DNA of 64,000 nucleotides, taken from Macrostomum lignano (lineage: Eukaryota). The first letter of the stretch is position 1, and the number at the start of each line of letters is the position of its first letter. A model generated the notes under the pieces. It was not told the DNA's origin and did not search any database. It saw only the letters and a list, made by a program, of their open reading frames with translations. The stretch covers positions 79,967 through 143,966 of the forward strand of contig NIVC01000512.1 in assembly GCA_002269645.1 (NCBI GenBank), read 5' to 3'. The translations under genes were made by a program, and so were the position numbers. Of this stretch, positions 27,901 to 39,984 are shown one piece after another.

Positions 27901-30221
27901 TTGGTTTGGTGCCAATAGACCTGATAGACACTAGGGCAATCACCTGTTGGTTTGGTGCCAATAGACCTGATAGACACTAGGGCAATCACCTGTTGGTTTG
28001 GTGCCAATAGACCTGATAGACACTAGGGCAATCACCTGTTGGTTTGGTGCCAATAGACCTGATAGACACTAGGGCAATCACCTGTTGGTTTGGTGCCAAT
28101 AGACCTGATAGACACTAGGGCAATCACCTGTTGGTTTGGTGCCAATAGACCTGATAGACACTAGGGCAATCACCTGTTGGTTTGGTGCCAATAGACCTGA
28201 TAGACACTAGGGCAATCACCTGTTGGTTTGGTGCCAATAGACCTGATAGACACTAGGGCAATCACCTGTTGGTTTGGTGCCAATAGACCTGATAGACACT
28301 AGGGCAATCACCTGTTGGTTTGGTGCCAATAGACCTGATAGACACTAGGGCAATCACCTGTTGGTTTGGTGCCAATAGACCTGATAGACACTAGGGCAAT
28401 CACCTGTTGGTTTGGTGCCAATAGACCTGATAGACACTAGGGCAATCACCTGTTGGTTTGGTGCCAATAGATCCTGCAAGCAGACAATCACAATAATTTA
28501 CCTGCCGGCTCAAATCTGTTGCACGTGTCCTTGACAACGGTCAGTTGCTTCTCCAGACTGGCAAGTCGAGCAGCAAACTGTTTATTCGACTCCAAAAGTC
28601 GATCAAGTTTCTGCTGTTGCTGCTGCATCTTCTCCTGGCAGCGCTGTTTCTCTTCGTTGGCGTAGTACACTTCAAGCTAAATAAGGTTTGCACATGGGGG
28701 TGCAAATTCTTAACATTATTAACATACTCTGCACCAACTGAGTTAGTGATATTCATAAATTCCGAACTGGGAAAGTTTTCTGCTTTAAATATCCTATCTT
28801 GCTAAATCAGTTAAGTAATGAAACTTCGATTGATATTTAACACAGTTGCCACATTATGCATCCCTCTACTTGCAGTAACTACTGACCCTCTACTTGAAGT
28901 CCTTGCATTTAAAAATATGATATATATATTAAATATCTCAGATACTTACCTCTAGTTTGGTGATCTTCTCAGCCATTGCCTGATTTTCATCCTCCATAAA
29001 TTTAGGTATATTCTTTGCCTTATGTAGACACAAATGGATGACATATTTCAGCTAATGATTATTAATCAGAGAAATTTATTATATAAAATAAACAATAGAA
29101 AAGCTTTCGCTTACCACACTTTCTTGAACTTGCTTGAATCCATGGCCAGAAGAGATGATAGTTTGGCAATAGGACTTCATTCTGTCCATCTTGGACTGCA
29201 TTTCCACCATCTTCCTCTCTAGGCAAAGCTTAAATTCAATTAACAAGTGCAAATGTCAAAGTTTGGTTGGTAGGCCAAACAAGACTAACAGGCTAAATTT
29301 CAAAGTGTTTGAGATAACATATTATACTTACATTTTTCTCCTTAAGCTTAGCATTATCTTCCTGCAATGCCTCTGCTGATTTAGTCTCCAAAGCTTCTCT
29401 GTGCTAAAATTTATAAATTTTTTTTCTACATAATGGTATGCAATTGAGTAGGCCAACAATTTTTGTTAATATTGCTTATATTGATTTCATGATTTGTTGA
29501 ACAAAATTGATTTGTTGGCTAATGTAATATAGTAATGTGTATCTAACTAAGGAATATAGTTATAGCTTGTATAAAATTAATTGTTATTATACCTAAGATT
29601 GCTAAGAAATATGAAAAGAAAGAAAGACAAAATACTGTAATGACTACAAGTTAAAAATGTAATATTATATAGGTAAATGACACAAGAGACAGGCCTCTTC
29701 AAGAATTTCCCACAATTTAATCAGCTTACTCTTACAACTTTCATTTAAAATTCAATTTGTAAGACATATCAAATGTATCAAATGTATAAAATGTAAAAAA
29801 ATGTCAATTTTAATTCTAGAATGACTGGTCAACTTAAGAATAAAAATATTCTCTTTTACATACTTCTCGATTTGCACTGGAAAACCAACAAATAATGTGC
29901 TGAACAACTTCCTTTAAAAATTATAGGCTTATATTTAGATTATAAAAGAATTATATAAATTTAGTAGGCTACTTTATTTTGTATAGGGCTATTGGCATTG
30001 TCATAAAATTGTGATTCCAAAATCCGCAGATTCAAATATTACATTGTAGCGGCTAAAATAGACACACTCATGCTAGACTTAAAAGTATAAATAAGAAATC
30101 CAATCTAGATTTAATAAATAGCACAAATATTCCATACCATTGAAGCCTTGAATTTCCTCAGCTCTTCAAATGCATTCTTGAATGTTGCTTCCAAGTCCAT
30201 TTTATCACCAATGAAAGACAT
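21956..30221 (-). CDS. 8-exon coiled-coil protein gene (~286 aa); weak by-eye resemblance to the CCDC73 N-terminus
   Basis: Coding exons 30221-30138, 29403-29332, 29228-29115, 29018-28950, 28676-28502, 23197-22989, 22907-22860, 22045-21956. All junctions GT-AG with matching phases, 861 nt, no internal stop: MSFIGDKMDLEATFKNAFEELRKF..LCLERKMVEMQSKM..ELKVKLAEAHELISDQSELLLERSQSGDH*. Confidence 0.85.
22200..22272 (-). mobile_element. tRNA-derived SINE head (Pol III A and B boxes)
   Basis: The minus strand reads TAGCGCAATGG (A box) ..30 nt.. GGTTCGATTC (B box); no full cloverleaf; lies in the last intron of the coiled-coil gene. Confidence 0.6.
23231..25260. mobile_element. Foldback-like non-autonomous element: long inverted arms built from tandem subrepeats
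   Basis: The left arm repeats ttcacaagcgctaaacttcac in ~117-bp periods. The right arm repeats its reverse complement, including a 39-bp array at ~24480-25200. AT-only loop at ~23936-24000 between acgaatgtcgg..agcgctaaaa and ttttagcgct..ccgacattcgt. Confidence 0.8.
25872..28470. repeat. 46-bp minisatellite, ~56 near-identical copies
   Basis: Unit ACCTGTTGGTTTGGTGCCAATAGACCTGATAGACACTAGGGCAATC; no spacers. Confidence 0.98.
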
Positions 30222-30339
30222 TACTGAGTATGAAACTGTCTTCTTGCAACAAATTGAAGTATATGATGTATGAAGAGTTCTAATAATTGTGGTGTTGTAG
30301 GTAAACTTGTGTATTAAGAACTTTAGCAACAGAATCAAA

Positions 30340-30480
30340 TACAGGATCGAGGTGGCGAGCAGCACAAACTATTGCTTGATGGGTGGGAATTCTGACTTAT
30401 GATATCGCGTCGATGTCGATGACTACTTATCGCGTGCAAGTCGCGCATGCTGATTAACAATTCACGTTCAATAAAACTGA
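30340..30480 (-). promoter_or_regulatory. Short CpG-rich patch, candidate promoter/first exon of the coiled-coil gene
   Basis: A cluster of CG dinucleotides (gatatcgcgtcgatgtcg, atcgcgtgcaagtcgcgc) in an otherwise CpG-poor region, upstream of the acceptor at 30224. Confidence 0.4.
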
Positions 30481-31994
30481 AGTTCAATAAAAGCAAAAAA
30501 GGTTAAATCATTTATCGTTACCTAAGTGGCACAAAATTTCATTTTAACCTGAGTAAAAAAGCTTTTAAAAGTTTTTTAATAAACATGATCAACATTATGC
30601 TATAGTTTTAAGAAGATATAGTAAATTATTTTGTTAAGATGTGCTGCAAAGTATACCCGGAGAAAATCAATTATATAAATCTTATAATTATCAATCAGTC
30701 ATACCATCTTATTTCCTACAGATTTCTCTGCTCCCTTTTCCTCTCCTAAATTTTGCACTTTATTTTTGCACCAACCAGCATGTGTGCATCCGACATAGTG
30801 CGTTGCAATCCGATATAGTCTATGATGGCGATTGAAAAAGCCATTGTGTGGAAAGTACTGTTAGTAGTCTTTTAATACTTTTCGTTTGAATTTAATCTGA
30901 TCCGCATGACTGTGCTGTGCTTGTTCTGTGATTCAGTGTACATACCATTGGCTCCTGAGGCGATCAGTCTTTTGTATTTCCCATCAATGGCCGCTGATAG
31001 AGAGAGTGCAATAGTTTTAAAAGAATTTATAATTTAATAAAAATGCAAAAAGATTTTTGCAATAAATAATTGACTATAATACGACTTATGTCTTAATTCA
31101 TAAAAAATTAGAAAATTCAGCCCCAAGCATATTTCTCTGTTATTCTCATCCTAAATTCGTAGATGGTTTTTTCTCGCATTGGATGTATTATCATCACCTT
31201 CCTCATATGGTTTACTGTGTAATTCCATCCTGTTGCACTTAGTCTCGGCGCGTGTTTTGTATTGAAAAACTTCTGCAATGCTGAATGAGCCGCGGTGACC
31301 ATCGCCCAAAACTTTCATCGTAAAAAGTAAGGAATCGAAGCGTGATAAATCAGAATACAAATGAGCTGCTTCTGGAGGAGAGAAAATGGATAGATAGAAA
31401 GCTAGGGCGAGAGTTGCCTGAGAAAAGGAGAATAAATCTCCCATCAGCTACGAGTTTGCGAACTATCTCAGGGCAGGCTCCCACTGCCCGCCCCCTTCAG
31501 CATTCCCTATAGCTACCTGCAACTGAGGTAATATAAACTCCATCCCCACGCACAGTCCCTCATCAGATTTTTAGTCCTACTATAATTAGCGGGTGCATGG
31601 CAACAATGCTTTGTGCAATCGCCCCAACTCCCAAACCCGCCACCCCAAACACCAGGTACCTCATTAGCTTTGCAACAAGGTTGTGAGGCGTTAACGCTAC
31701 AAAAGCTTTGCGGTTGTGGGGAGGCTGGATTCAGCATTGCATGAGATGAGGCACTTGAGCCAAAACACAAGCCGTGACTGCATTAATCATTTAGGCCTGA
31801 CGGAGCCCCTCAAAGAAGCTGACGATCTGTCAACCTTTCGCACCCAAAATCGATAAACAACCGACAATCTTAATAAAAGTGAAAGAGGTTCGATCTTCAT
31901 CAGTCTCAGCATCTTTTTACACGATAGATTTACGCTCAATTGGAAGCAACAGAGGCTTCAAAATGCGAGCCCAACAAAACTGAGGCTCCCCTAG

Positions 31995-32775
31995 GTGCCA
32001 AAACTGGAGTGTGAGGTGCCAAAACTGTAGTCTAAGGCGCCAAAACTGTAGTCTAAGGCGCCAAAACTGTAGTATGAGGCGCCAAAACTGTAGTCTGAGG
32101 CATCAAAATTGGAATGTGAGGCGCCAAAACTGAAGTCTGAGGCGCCAAAACTGTAGTATGAGGCGCCAAAACTGTAGTCTGAGGCGCCAAAACTGAAGTG
32201 TGAGGTGCCAAAACTGTAGTCTGGGTGCCAAAACTGTAGTCTAAGGCGCCAAAACTGTAGTCTAAGGCGCCAAAACTGTAGTATGAGGCGCCAAAACTGT
32301 AGTCTGAGGCATCAAAATTGGAATGTGAGGCGCCAAAACTGAAGTCTGAGGCGCCAAAACTGTAGTATGAGGCGCCAAAACTGTAGTCTGAGGCGCCAAA
32401 ACTGAAGTGTGAGGTGCCAAAACTGTAGTCTGAGGCGCCAAAACTGTAGTCTGAGGCGCCAAAACTGAAGTGTGAGGTGCCAAAACTGTAGTCTGAGGCG
32501 CCAAAACTGAAGTGTGAGGTGCCAAAACTGTAGTTTGAGGCGCCAAAACTGTAGTCTGAGGCACCAAAACTGTAGTCTGAGGCATCAAAATTGGAATGTG
32601 AGGCACCAAAACTGTAGTCTGAGGCGCCAAAACTATAGTCTGAGGCGCCAAAACTGAAGTCTGAGGCGCCAAAACTATAGTCTGAGGCGCCAAAACTGTA
32701 GTCTGAGGCGCCAAAACTATAGTCTGAGGCGCCAAAACTGAAGTCTGAGGCACCAAAACTGGAGTCTGGGGCGCT
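31995..32775. repeat. 21-bp minisatellite
   Basis: Unit GAGGCGCCAAAACTGTAGTCT with variants. Confidence 0.95.
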
Positions 32776-33239
32776 AAAACTTGATTGCGAGCGACATCAT
32801 GAGAGAATGATCAGACAATGACATTGGACTCCAATCCAAAAAATGGTCACAGCAGCTCGGCCCGCGTCCAGGATCCAGGATGGCGCGGCGTGCTTGGAGA
32901 CTGTTAAAATTCAAAGCAAGTTTTATATGGCCGCTAAGATTTTGTGTCATGCTTCATCTTGTAAGACTCGAAGCTGCCTTGGGACAGCAGCTTCACTTTA
33001 TGGCCCCGGCAACCCCGCGTCTCCGCGCAGTTTTCACCGCGGTGACGAATCAATGTGAAAATGCAATTCTTTAAAAAGCCAAGTGAAACTTCGGCAATTG
33101 TAAAAGCACTTTTACGATGCATGAAAATTTGACTTTTCTTTCAGATTCCTTTGGTCTAGTTATCTGCCGGATGCTTTCTAGTTCAGTTTTTGGACAATAG
33201 ATTGGCTGAATTTATAGTCACACCGATTTATTAGACCAT

Positions 33240-33990
33240 CACACCATAAACACACAGGGGTTGTCAGTCTTACCATCACACCATAAACACACAGGGGTAG
33301 TCAGTCAGTCAATAAACACATCGGGGTTGTCAGTCAGTCAATAAACACACAGGGGTTGTTAGTCAGTCAATAAACACACAGGGGTTGTCAATCAGTCAAT
33401 AAACACACGGGGGTTGTCAATCAGTCAATAAACACACAGGGGTTGTCAATCAGTCAATAAACACACAGGGGGTTGTGAGTCAGTCAATAAACACACAGGG
33501 GTTGTCAATCAGTCAATAAACACACAGGGGGTTGTGAGTCAGTCAATAAACACACAGGGGTTTTCAATCAGTCAATAAACACACAGGGGTTGTCAATCAG
33601 TCAATAAACACACAGGGGTTGTCAATCAGTCAATAAACACACAGGGGTTGTCAATCAGTCAATAAACACACGGGGGTTTTTAGTCAGTCAATAAACACAC
33701 GGGGGTTTTTAGTCAGTCAATAAACACATCGGGGTTGTCAGTCAGTCAATAAACACACAGGGGTTGTTAGTCAGTCAATAAACACACAGGGGTTGTCAAT
33801 CAGTCAATAAACACACAGGGGTTGTCAATCAGTCAATAAACACACAGGGGTTGTCAATCAGTCAATAAACACACAGGGGTTGTCAATCAGTCAATAAACA
33901 CACAGGGGTTGTCAATCAGTCAATAAACACACAGGGGTTGTCTGTCAGTCAATAAACACACAGGGGTTGTCAATCAGTCAATAAACACAG
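33240..33990. repeat. 29-bp minisatellite
   Basis: Unit CAGTCAATAAACACACAGGGGTTGTCAAT. Confidence 0.95.
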
Positions 33991-34916
33991 TACTTCTGCA
34001 GACAAGAAATGTTTTGTTCAATAAATTTGATTGACACAGCAAGCAGGGATAGCCAAGATTCCTCCAGTTCTATCACCTTCGCAACGAATTTTCTATCCTC
34101 TAATAATTTTCAGCTTTTTTTATGAAGACAGCTCGCCTGCTTATTGGAACGAAAGAAGAGCAGAGAGCTGCATAGGGAGGAAAAAGTTATGAGCAGGCGG
34201 CTGTGCAGCTTCTCCGAGTGCTGCCAGACTGCCAGCATGCCAACGGGAGATGCTCCTCCTCCTCCTGAAGTGCCGGGGGGCGGGCAGGCGAGAGTGGTGG
34301 GTGGGGAGCTGCTGGGCGTCAGACGGACAGGTGATGGAGACGCCACACCCAGAGCGGAGAATTTTTTCCACTGTCTTCTTCTACTAAAAGCGAACAAAAA
34401 TAGGAAAACTATAGGAGCTGGCCAGAAATTCTTCCAGTGACGGTGGAGGGGGGAGTTAAGGGAGGGTAGGAGTTGCAGGGCAAATGGGAGGCCTAGAGCA
34501 GGTATAGTGAGTTTGCTTACCAGATAGTGGCGCAGCAGGTGCCGGTGGGAATTAAATGAGGCGTGAAATCCCATCTGGGGTCCGGCGGGTTTGAGTAGAA
34601 AAAAGGCAACTGCAGCACAGTTTCTGTTAAATGCATCCTGAAAGCAGAGCCTCTGTAGGTAGAATGCAGAAACATCCGACTCATCCTTGGATCTCCTTGA
34701 GTCTGGGCGGTTCGATTTCGCGATAGATTTTTAATATCGTTGATAAAATTTTAAACGCAGACAGGATTTCCTTCCCCGCGAAATTGAGGATTACCGCAGC
34801 TGCTCCGGCCGGCTGCTAAGTGGCCCGGGCGGCTCTCGTTTCCGCTTTGAATAACAAGCAGAGAATTGGTAAAGAATTGCTCTAGAATTAGAATGAGCCA
34901 GCTCCGATGAATCCCT

Positions 34917-35842
34917 ACAAGCGCGCAAAGTCAGTCACAAGCGCGCAAAGTCAGTCACAAGCGCGCAAAGTCAGTCACAAGCGCGCAAAGTCAGTCACAA
35001 GCGCGCAAAGTCAGTCACAAGCGCGCAAAGTCAGTCACAAGCGCGCAAAGTCAGTCACAAGCGCGCAAAGTCAGTCACAAGCGCGCAAAGTCAGTCACAA
35101 GCGCAAAAAGTCAGTCACAAGCGCGCAAAGTCAGTCACAAGCGCGCAAAGTCAGTCACAAGCGCGCAAAGTCAGTCACAAGCGCGCAAAGTCAGTCACAA
35201 GCGCAAAAAGTCAGTCACAAGCGCGAAAAGTCAGTCACAAGCGCGCAAAGTCAGTCACAAGCGCAAAAAGTCAGTCACAAGCGCGCAAAGTCAGTCACAA
35301 GCGCGCAAAGTCAGTCACAAGCGCGCAAAGTCAGTCACAAGCGCGCAAAGTCAGTCACAAGCGCAAAAAGTCAGTCACAAGCGCGAAAAGTCAGTCACAA
35401 GCGCGCAAAGTCAGTCACAAGCGCAAAAAGTCAGTCACAAGCGCGCAAAGTCAGTCACAAGCGCACAAAGTCAGTCACAAGCGCGCAAAGTCAGTCACAA
35501 GCGCGCAAGGTCAGTCACAAGCGCAAAAAGTCAGTCACAAGCGCGCAAAGTCAGTCACAAGCGCGCAAAGTCAGTCACAAGCGCGCAAAGTCACTCACAA
35601 GCGCGCAAAGTCAGTCACAAGCGCAAAAAGTCAGTCACAAGCGCGCAAAGTCAGTCACAAGCGCGCAAAGTCAGTCACAAGCGCGCAAAGTCACTCACAA
35701 GCGCGCAAAGTCAGTCACAAGCGCAAAAAGTCAGTCACAAGCGCGCAAGGTCAGTCACAAGCGCAAAAAGTCAGTCACAAGCGCGCAAAGTCAGTCACAA
35801 GCGCGCAAAGTCAGTCACAAGCGCGCAAAGTCAGTCACAAGC
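34917..35842. repeat. 20-bp minisatellite (~46 copies)
   Basis: Unit CAAGCGCGCAAAGTCAGTCA. Confidence 0.97.
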
Positions 35843-36919
35843 ATGATTGAAGCTTCCTCCCGGTTTTCATTGTTTTTTCAAGCATTTTTAGTATCAAAAT
35901 GGTTGGCCAGGTGATAGAGGCTGGTCGAAAGACACTGCACAAAGATGTTGCTGAGCATAAGTGTAAAACTGGACTCATTGGTAAAAAAATTAACTTAAAA
36001 ATTTAATTGTGGATGGTGAGAAATCCAATCATACTCTGAAGACTCCCAAGTTACATTTAATAATAAAACTTACTCAGCTGAGCAGCTAAGTCAGATGCAA
36101 CTCAAGCCAAAATAAGCAATCGGAAAAATCGATTTTTTCACTCCGCGTGCAGACTCCGGTTACCCAGCAGCTCACAAATTTATGATGATGAAGACAAGCC
36201 GGGCCGGAGCGCGAAACCGTGTCCCGGCCTGGCGGGCGCTTCCGAAATGTGTAAAAAAGGAATTATTTATTCTTCGGCTCATGAGGCCATGAGGCTCTGA
36301 GGACCCGACAAAAAACTGGGCATCATCCATTTGGAGCCTTCTCAGCCTCATTCCGTTGGGGATTTTCGCACCTCAGCTCAGCCGGCACAGATTTAACGCG
36401 GCCTGACAGGTTAATATCGGAATGAGACGCCCAGTGCTGCATCGCTGTAGGAATTCTCTTCGCACAGCTGACAGGCGCAGCTTTAATATTTCTTGTCTTA
36501 TGGGAAGTCCGGGCTTGATGAGCTGCGGGCTTGATGGGCAGGACAGCAGCGGGCGATAAAGATCCCCTCCACGGAAGAAGGAAGCTGTTTTTCTCCAGGC
36601 CGAAGCTGACGTCAGTGGGCGGACATGGCGCCACGGATTTCTTGGCAGTGCGCGGCGGAGCAGAGAGTGCTTCGGCTAGCAAAATCTGCATTGATCAGCT
36701 ATTCAAAGTCAATCGCTTCTCAAAGCAGGATTGTCCCAAATTTAGCCTTTACTATAAATATGCACCTTTGCATTAACGCTCAATGTCAGGCTGGGTTTTT
36801 GTCAATGAAATAATCAAATATAAATTGCAACTGCATGGCGCAGTATAAAATTAACTGTGTACAGCTTGATGTACAGTGCTGGTACTGTGGGGGGGGACGC
36901 GACTCACCTCTGTACTTCT

Positions 36920-37300
36920 ACCGCAGCTCAGAGCTGCCAGCCTATCACAGCAGGGTTGAACTGCAGATCTCAGAGCTGCCAGCCAATCACAGCAGGGCTG
37001 AACTGCAAAACTCAGAGCTGCCAGCCAATCACAGCAGGGCTGAACTGCAAAACTCAGAGCTGCCAGCCAATCACAGCAGGGGTGAACTGCAGAGCTCAGA
37101 GCTGCCAGATAATCACAGCAGGGCTGAACTGCAAAACTCAGAGCTGCCAGCCAATCACAGCAGGGCTGAACTGCAAAACTCAGAGCTGCCAGCCAATCAC
37201 AGCAGGGCTGAACTGCAAAACTCAGAGCTGCCAGCCAATCACAGAAGGGCTGAACTGCAGAGCTCAGAATTGCCAGCCTATCACAGCAGGGTTGAACTAA
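36920..37300. repeat. 42-bp minisatellite carrying CCAAT boxes
   Basis: Unit CAGAGCTGCCAGCCAATCACAGCAGGGCTGAACTGCAAAACT, about 8-9 copies. Confidence 0.92.
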
Positions 37301-37771
37301 GAGTTGAACTTTCCACTCACTCATGGTGGCTACCATGTGGGGTTGACGCAAGCTTCGTGCTAACCCCATCCAACTCTGCTTAACTTTCATGTACTGGTGT
37401 GAAGAACACCACCTGTTTGTTTATCATATCGCCTGACGGACCTTCAGTGTAACATTTAGGATTGAATTCTTAGATCTTTGTTTGAGAGCTTTTAGCTACC
37501 AAAAATTTTTTGCAACAAATGACCCAGGAATATTCAACTATAAGCCTTACTATCGGTGAATTATATCGGTGTCTGCAAGTCAACTGCAATAGCCTTAAAA
37601 AGTGGGGTTTGGTTGGGGCATTGGTGAGCCCGCTGTCAGCCAATAAGAATTAGCCATAGAAATTGGCCAAAAAAGGGAAATGCGAGACGGTTCCTCCTGC
37701 CCAGCTGCCAACATCCTGTCCCGCCGCTCACACTCAAGAAGAAGTTTCATTTTGGCATCTGCAAACTGCAG

Positions 37772-37911
37772 ACAATCGGTCACCTGCCGCCGGGAGATGG
37801 ACGACCCTACCAGCTGGGTGCCTGAGATTCCTCACACAGCTGAGACCGGCCCTGATGGAGCTGCCCAACCGCCAGTGGAGCTGAAAATCGCTGACGTGTC
37901 AGTGCAAATCG
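37772..37911 (+). CDS. Putative isolated exon, possibly an alternative N-terminal exon of the Ig-EGF gene
   Basis: Acceptor ctgcag| at 37771 and donor G|gtgagt at 37912; ATG 37797 gives MDDPTSWVPEIPH..ELKIADVSVQIG; the phase-1 end is compatible with the Ig exon at 55039. Confidence 0.4.
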
Positions 37912-38044
37912 GTGAGTGTTTCTGTACTGTCTACAGCTCCAGACAATTTATGAGTCCACATTATGTATTAACGCTTAGAGAGTTGAGCTACTTAAAAACT
38001 GCAGTTGTTAACAGTACATCAGGACTCCCATCAGTTACAGAATT

Positions 38045-39630
38045 ACAGGGTGATAAGCATCAGACATAGGGTGATAAGCATCAGACATAGGGTGATAAGC
38101 ATCAGACATAGGGTGATAAGCATCAGACATTGGGTGATAAGCATCAGACATTGGGTGATAAGCATCAGACATTGGGTGATACGCATCAGACATTGGGTGA
38201 TACGCATCAGACATTGGGTGATAAGCATCAGACATAGGGTGATATGCATCAGACATAGGGTGATAAGCATCAGACATTGGGTGATAAGCATCAGACATAG
38301 GGTGATATGCATCAGACATAGGGTGATAAGCATCAGACATTGGGTGATAAGCATCAGACATTGGGTGATACGCATCAGACATTGGGTGATACGCATCAGA
38401 CATTGGGTGATAAGCATCAGACATTGGGTGATACGCATCAGACATTGGGTGATACGCATCAGACATAGGGTGATAAGCATCAGACAGGGTGATAAGCATC
38501 AGACATTGGGTGATAAGCATCAGACATAGGGTGATATGCATCAGACAGGGTGATAAGCATCAGACATTGGGTGATAAGCATCAGACATTGGGTGATAAGC
38601 ATCAGACATTGGGTGATACGCATCAGACATTGGGTGATACGCATCAGACATTGGGTGATAAGCATCAGACATAGGGTGATATGCATCAGACAGGGTGATA
38701 AGCATCAGACATTGGGTGATAAGCATCAGACAGGGTGATAAGCATCAGGCATACAGTGATAAGCATCAGAGATAGGGTGATAAGCATCAGACATAGGGTG
38801 ATAAGCATCAGACATAGGGTGATAAGCATCAGACATAGGGTGATAAGCATCAGACATTGGGTGATAAGCATCAGACATTGGGTGATACGCATCAGACATT
38901 GGGTGATACGCATCAGACATTGGGTGATAAGCATCAGACATAGGGTGATATGCATCAGACATAGGGTGATAAGCATCAGACATTGGGTGATAAGCATCAG
39001 ACATAGGGTGATATGCATCAGACAGGGTGATAAGCATCAGACATTGGGTGATAAGCATCAGACATAGGGTGATAAGCATCAGACATAGGGTGATAAGCAT
39101 CAGACATTGGGTGATAAGCATCAGACATTGGGTGATACGCATCAGACATTGGGTGATACGCATCAGACATTGGGTGATAAGCATCAGACATAGGGTGATA
39201 TGCATCAGACAGGGTGATAAGCATCAGACATAGGGTGATAAGCATCAGACAGGGTGATAAGCATCAGACATTGGGTGATAAGCATCAGACATAGGGTGAT
39301 ATGCATCAGACAGGGTGATAAGCATCAGACATTGGGTGATAAGCATCAGACATTGGGTGATAAGCATCAGACATTGGGTGATACGCATCAGACATTGGGT
39401 GATACGCATCAGACATTGGGTGATAAGCATCAGACATAGGGTGATATGCATCAGACAGGGTGATAAGCATCAGACATTGGGTGATAAGCATCAGACAGGG
39501 TGATAAGCATCAGGCATACAGTGATAAGCATCAGAGATAGGGTGATTAGTATCAGACATAGGGTTATAAGCATCAAACATAGGGTGATAAGCATCAGACA
39601 TATAGTGATAAGCATCAGGCATAAAGTGAA
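38045..39630. repeat. 21-bp minisatellite (~75 copies)
   Basis: Unit GGGTGATAAGCATCAGACAT(T/A), with recurring 19-bp deletion variants. Confidence 0.97.
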
Positions 39631-39984
39631 AAAGCATTAGGCATTCAAAATGCCCAGATGTCAAAAAGCATTCAATTTATCGTTTTAAAAAGCAACACTT
39701 AGTGATGCTTCGTACTCACAAAAATTGGCAATATGAAGAAGAGCTCTCCAAGCCAGGTGTTCCAGTTGAAAGGGCACGGGCTGTCTGTCAAATTATCCAG
39801 ACCTTCAACCTGTCATTTGAAACCGCTAGCCAGAAGCTCAGGGTGCCCAGTCTGATAAGAAATTAGCATATTGCAGTTCTAACTTAGCCAACCCTGATCA
39901 AACAGTCAATAGAGCCTACTGACTACAAGTAGTCGGATTAGCAAACGGTAGTTGAAATCTAGATATGAATTATCTTGTGAGGTG

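Noticed and set aside
25872-28470. CRISPR-like appearance of the 46-bp and other arrays
   Set aside because: Units are head-to-tail with no unique spacers, there are no cas genes, and the context is eukaryotic.
30641-31770. Short ORFs, and a purine-rich motif (gagagttgcctgagaaa) shared with ~12858-12875
   Set aside because: Possibly a very old repeat relic, but no domain or boundaries could be supported.
36180-36235. Second hammerhead candidate (..gcgcGAAAccgtGTC..)
   Set aside because: No CUGANGA box upstream and no coherent stem II.
34110-36813. GC-rich ORFs flanking the 20-bp array as possible upstream exons of the Ig-EGF gene
   Set aside because: No convincing splice-site pairs or protein motifs; may be promoter/UTR sequence.
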